A stretch of 64,000 bases of DNA from a virus. Its lineage: Duplodnaviria > Caudoviricetes. The stretch spans positions 11,425-75,424 of the IMG/VR virus record IMGVR_UViG_3300049458_000012. The stretch is one strand, 5' to 3'. Below the pieces are notes generated by a model. The model saw only the letters and a program-made list of their open reading frames with translations, was not told the origin of the DNA and made no database searches. A program made the translations under genes and the position numbers. Positions 63,390-64,000 of the stretch are shown here, piece after piece. How positions within the stretch are numbered: position 1 is the first letter of the stretch; each line of letters begins with the position of its first letter.

Positions 63390-63686
63390 TCATCTCCTTT
63401 CATACAGTTTTTGAACATGATCGAAATAAATTTTCAAATCTCGCTCCTCTTCCGGAGTCAATTCACGATCGATCCTGCCGAGTAGCCAATGGAGGTCTGT
63501 CGGCCAATCAATCTTGCGCAGGTGCGGCGGGTCCACCAGCTCCTCAATCCAGGTGACCCCCGTTGGCTCGCACACAATCACGCCATCCTCACGCAGCAAT
63601 CCATACTGACGGCTCCCGATACGGACAAGGATTAACCGTTGCCCGCTCGGGAGCTTCTTCAGCCAAATGCCCGTGACTTCTTCCAT
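63390..63686 (-). CDS. Hypothetical protein
   Basis: 98 aa ORF in operon. Confidence 0.5.
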   Translation of the reverse strand: MEEVTGIWLKKLPSGQRLILVRIGSRQYGLLREDGVIVCEPTGVTWIEELVDPPHLRKIDWPTDLHWLLGRIDRELTPEEERDLKIYFDHVQKLYERR

Positions 63687-63695
63687 CCCCTCGTC

Positions 63696-63980
63696 TCAGC
63701 CGAGCTTCGCCAGCTCTGCGTTGATCTCCTCCTCGGACATGGTCTCCAACTTGTTCTCCCGCTTGCGCTCCAGCGCGGCCTGGAGGCGTTCGCGGGCGAG
63801 CTTGCGCCCCTTCGCTGCGACGGTTTCCGCGTTCTCCTTCATGCGGGTGTCGATCACGTGCTTGACGATATCGAAGCGCAACTGCGTGATGGCATCCGGA
63901 GTGGCCGCAGCCTCAACGAAGGAGGTGACGTCCGCCGTTTCGCGCAGCTTACTGTGCAGCCTCAAGGCGATATCGTCCAA
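63696..63980 (-). CDS. Hypothetical protein (5' end beyond the window)
   Basis: L.FDIVKHVI..R..E...LE..S.EE...L motif; frame open to the window edge. Confidence 0.55.
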   Translation of the reverse strand: MDDIALRLHSKLRETADVTSFVEAAATPDAITQLRFDIVKHVIDTRMKENAETVAAKGRKLARERLQAALERKRENKLETMSEEEINAELAKLG

Positions 63981-64000
63981 GTTCGGACGGTTGATGAGCT

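Noticed and set aside
1-64000. Prophage or temperate lifestyle
   Set aside because: No integrase, repressor/cro switch, att site or flanking host genes visible in this window

Overview
The window is about 64 kb of a GC-rich lytic-type tailed phage (contractile-tailed myovirus). No integrase, CRISPR array, tRNA or reverse transcriptase was seen. The + strand (1-40.2 kb) carries packaging and morphogenesis genes: TerS, TerL, an accessory island of large signal-peptide proteins, portal, head-morphogenesis protein, a NUDIX/prohead-protease/scaffold fusion, major capsid, neck, sheath, tube, tape measure with a lytic transglycosylase domain, baseplate, fibres, and a lysis region with a GH108 endolysin and a class-3 lipase. 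The - strand (40.2-64 kb) carries a DnaE-type DNA polymerase, a DEDDh exonuclease, a probable DNA base-modification cluster (ThyX-like, FAD oxidoreductase, SDR, HAD phosphatase, Nmad1/DUF1599-like, VOC-like, SLOG) and many small early-type genes. This gene content resembles Pbunavirus/BcepF1-like phages (inference from recalled family features, not a search). The main discovery is between 55.5 and 62.3 kb on the - strand: the intergenic gaps are filled by ten complete hammerhead ribozymes (nine type II, one type I) plus one internally deleted relic. Each typically starts at the upstream stop codon and ends just before the next start codon. Eight share an invariant stem II (GGUC/GACC) while stems I and III co-vary. 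This predicts a self-cleaving polycistronic mRNA cut into 0.28-1.35 kb gene cassettes whose ends could re-form a hybrid hammerhead and circularise.
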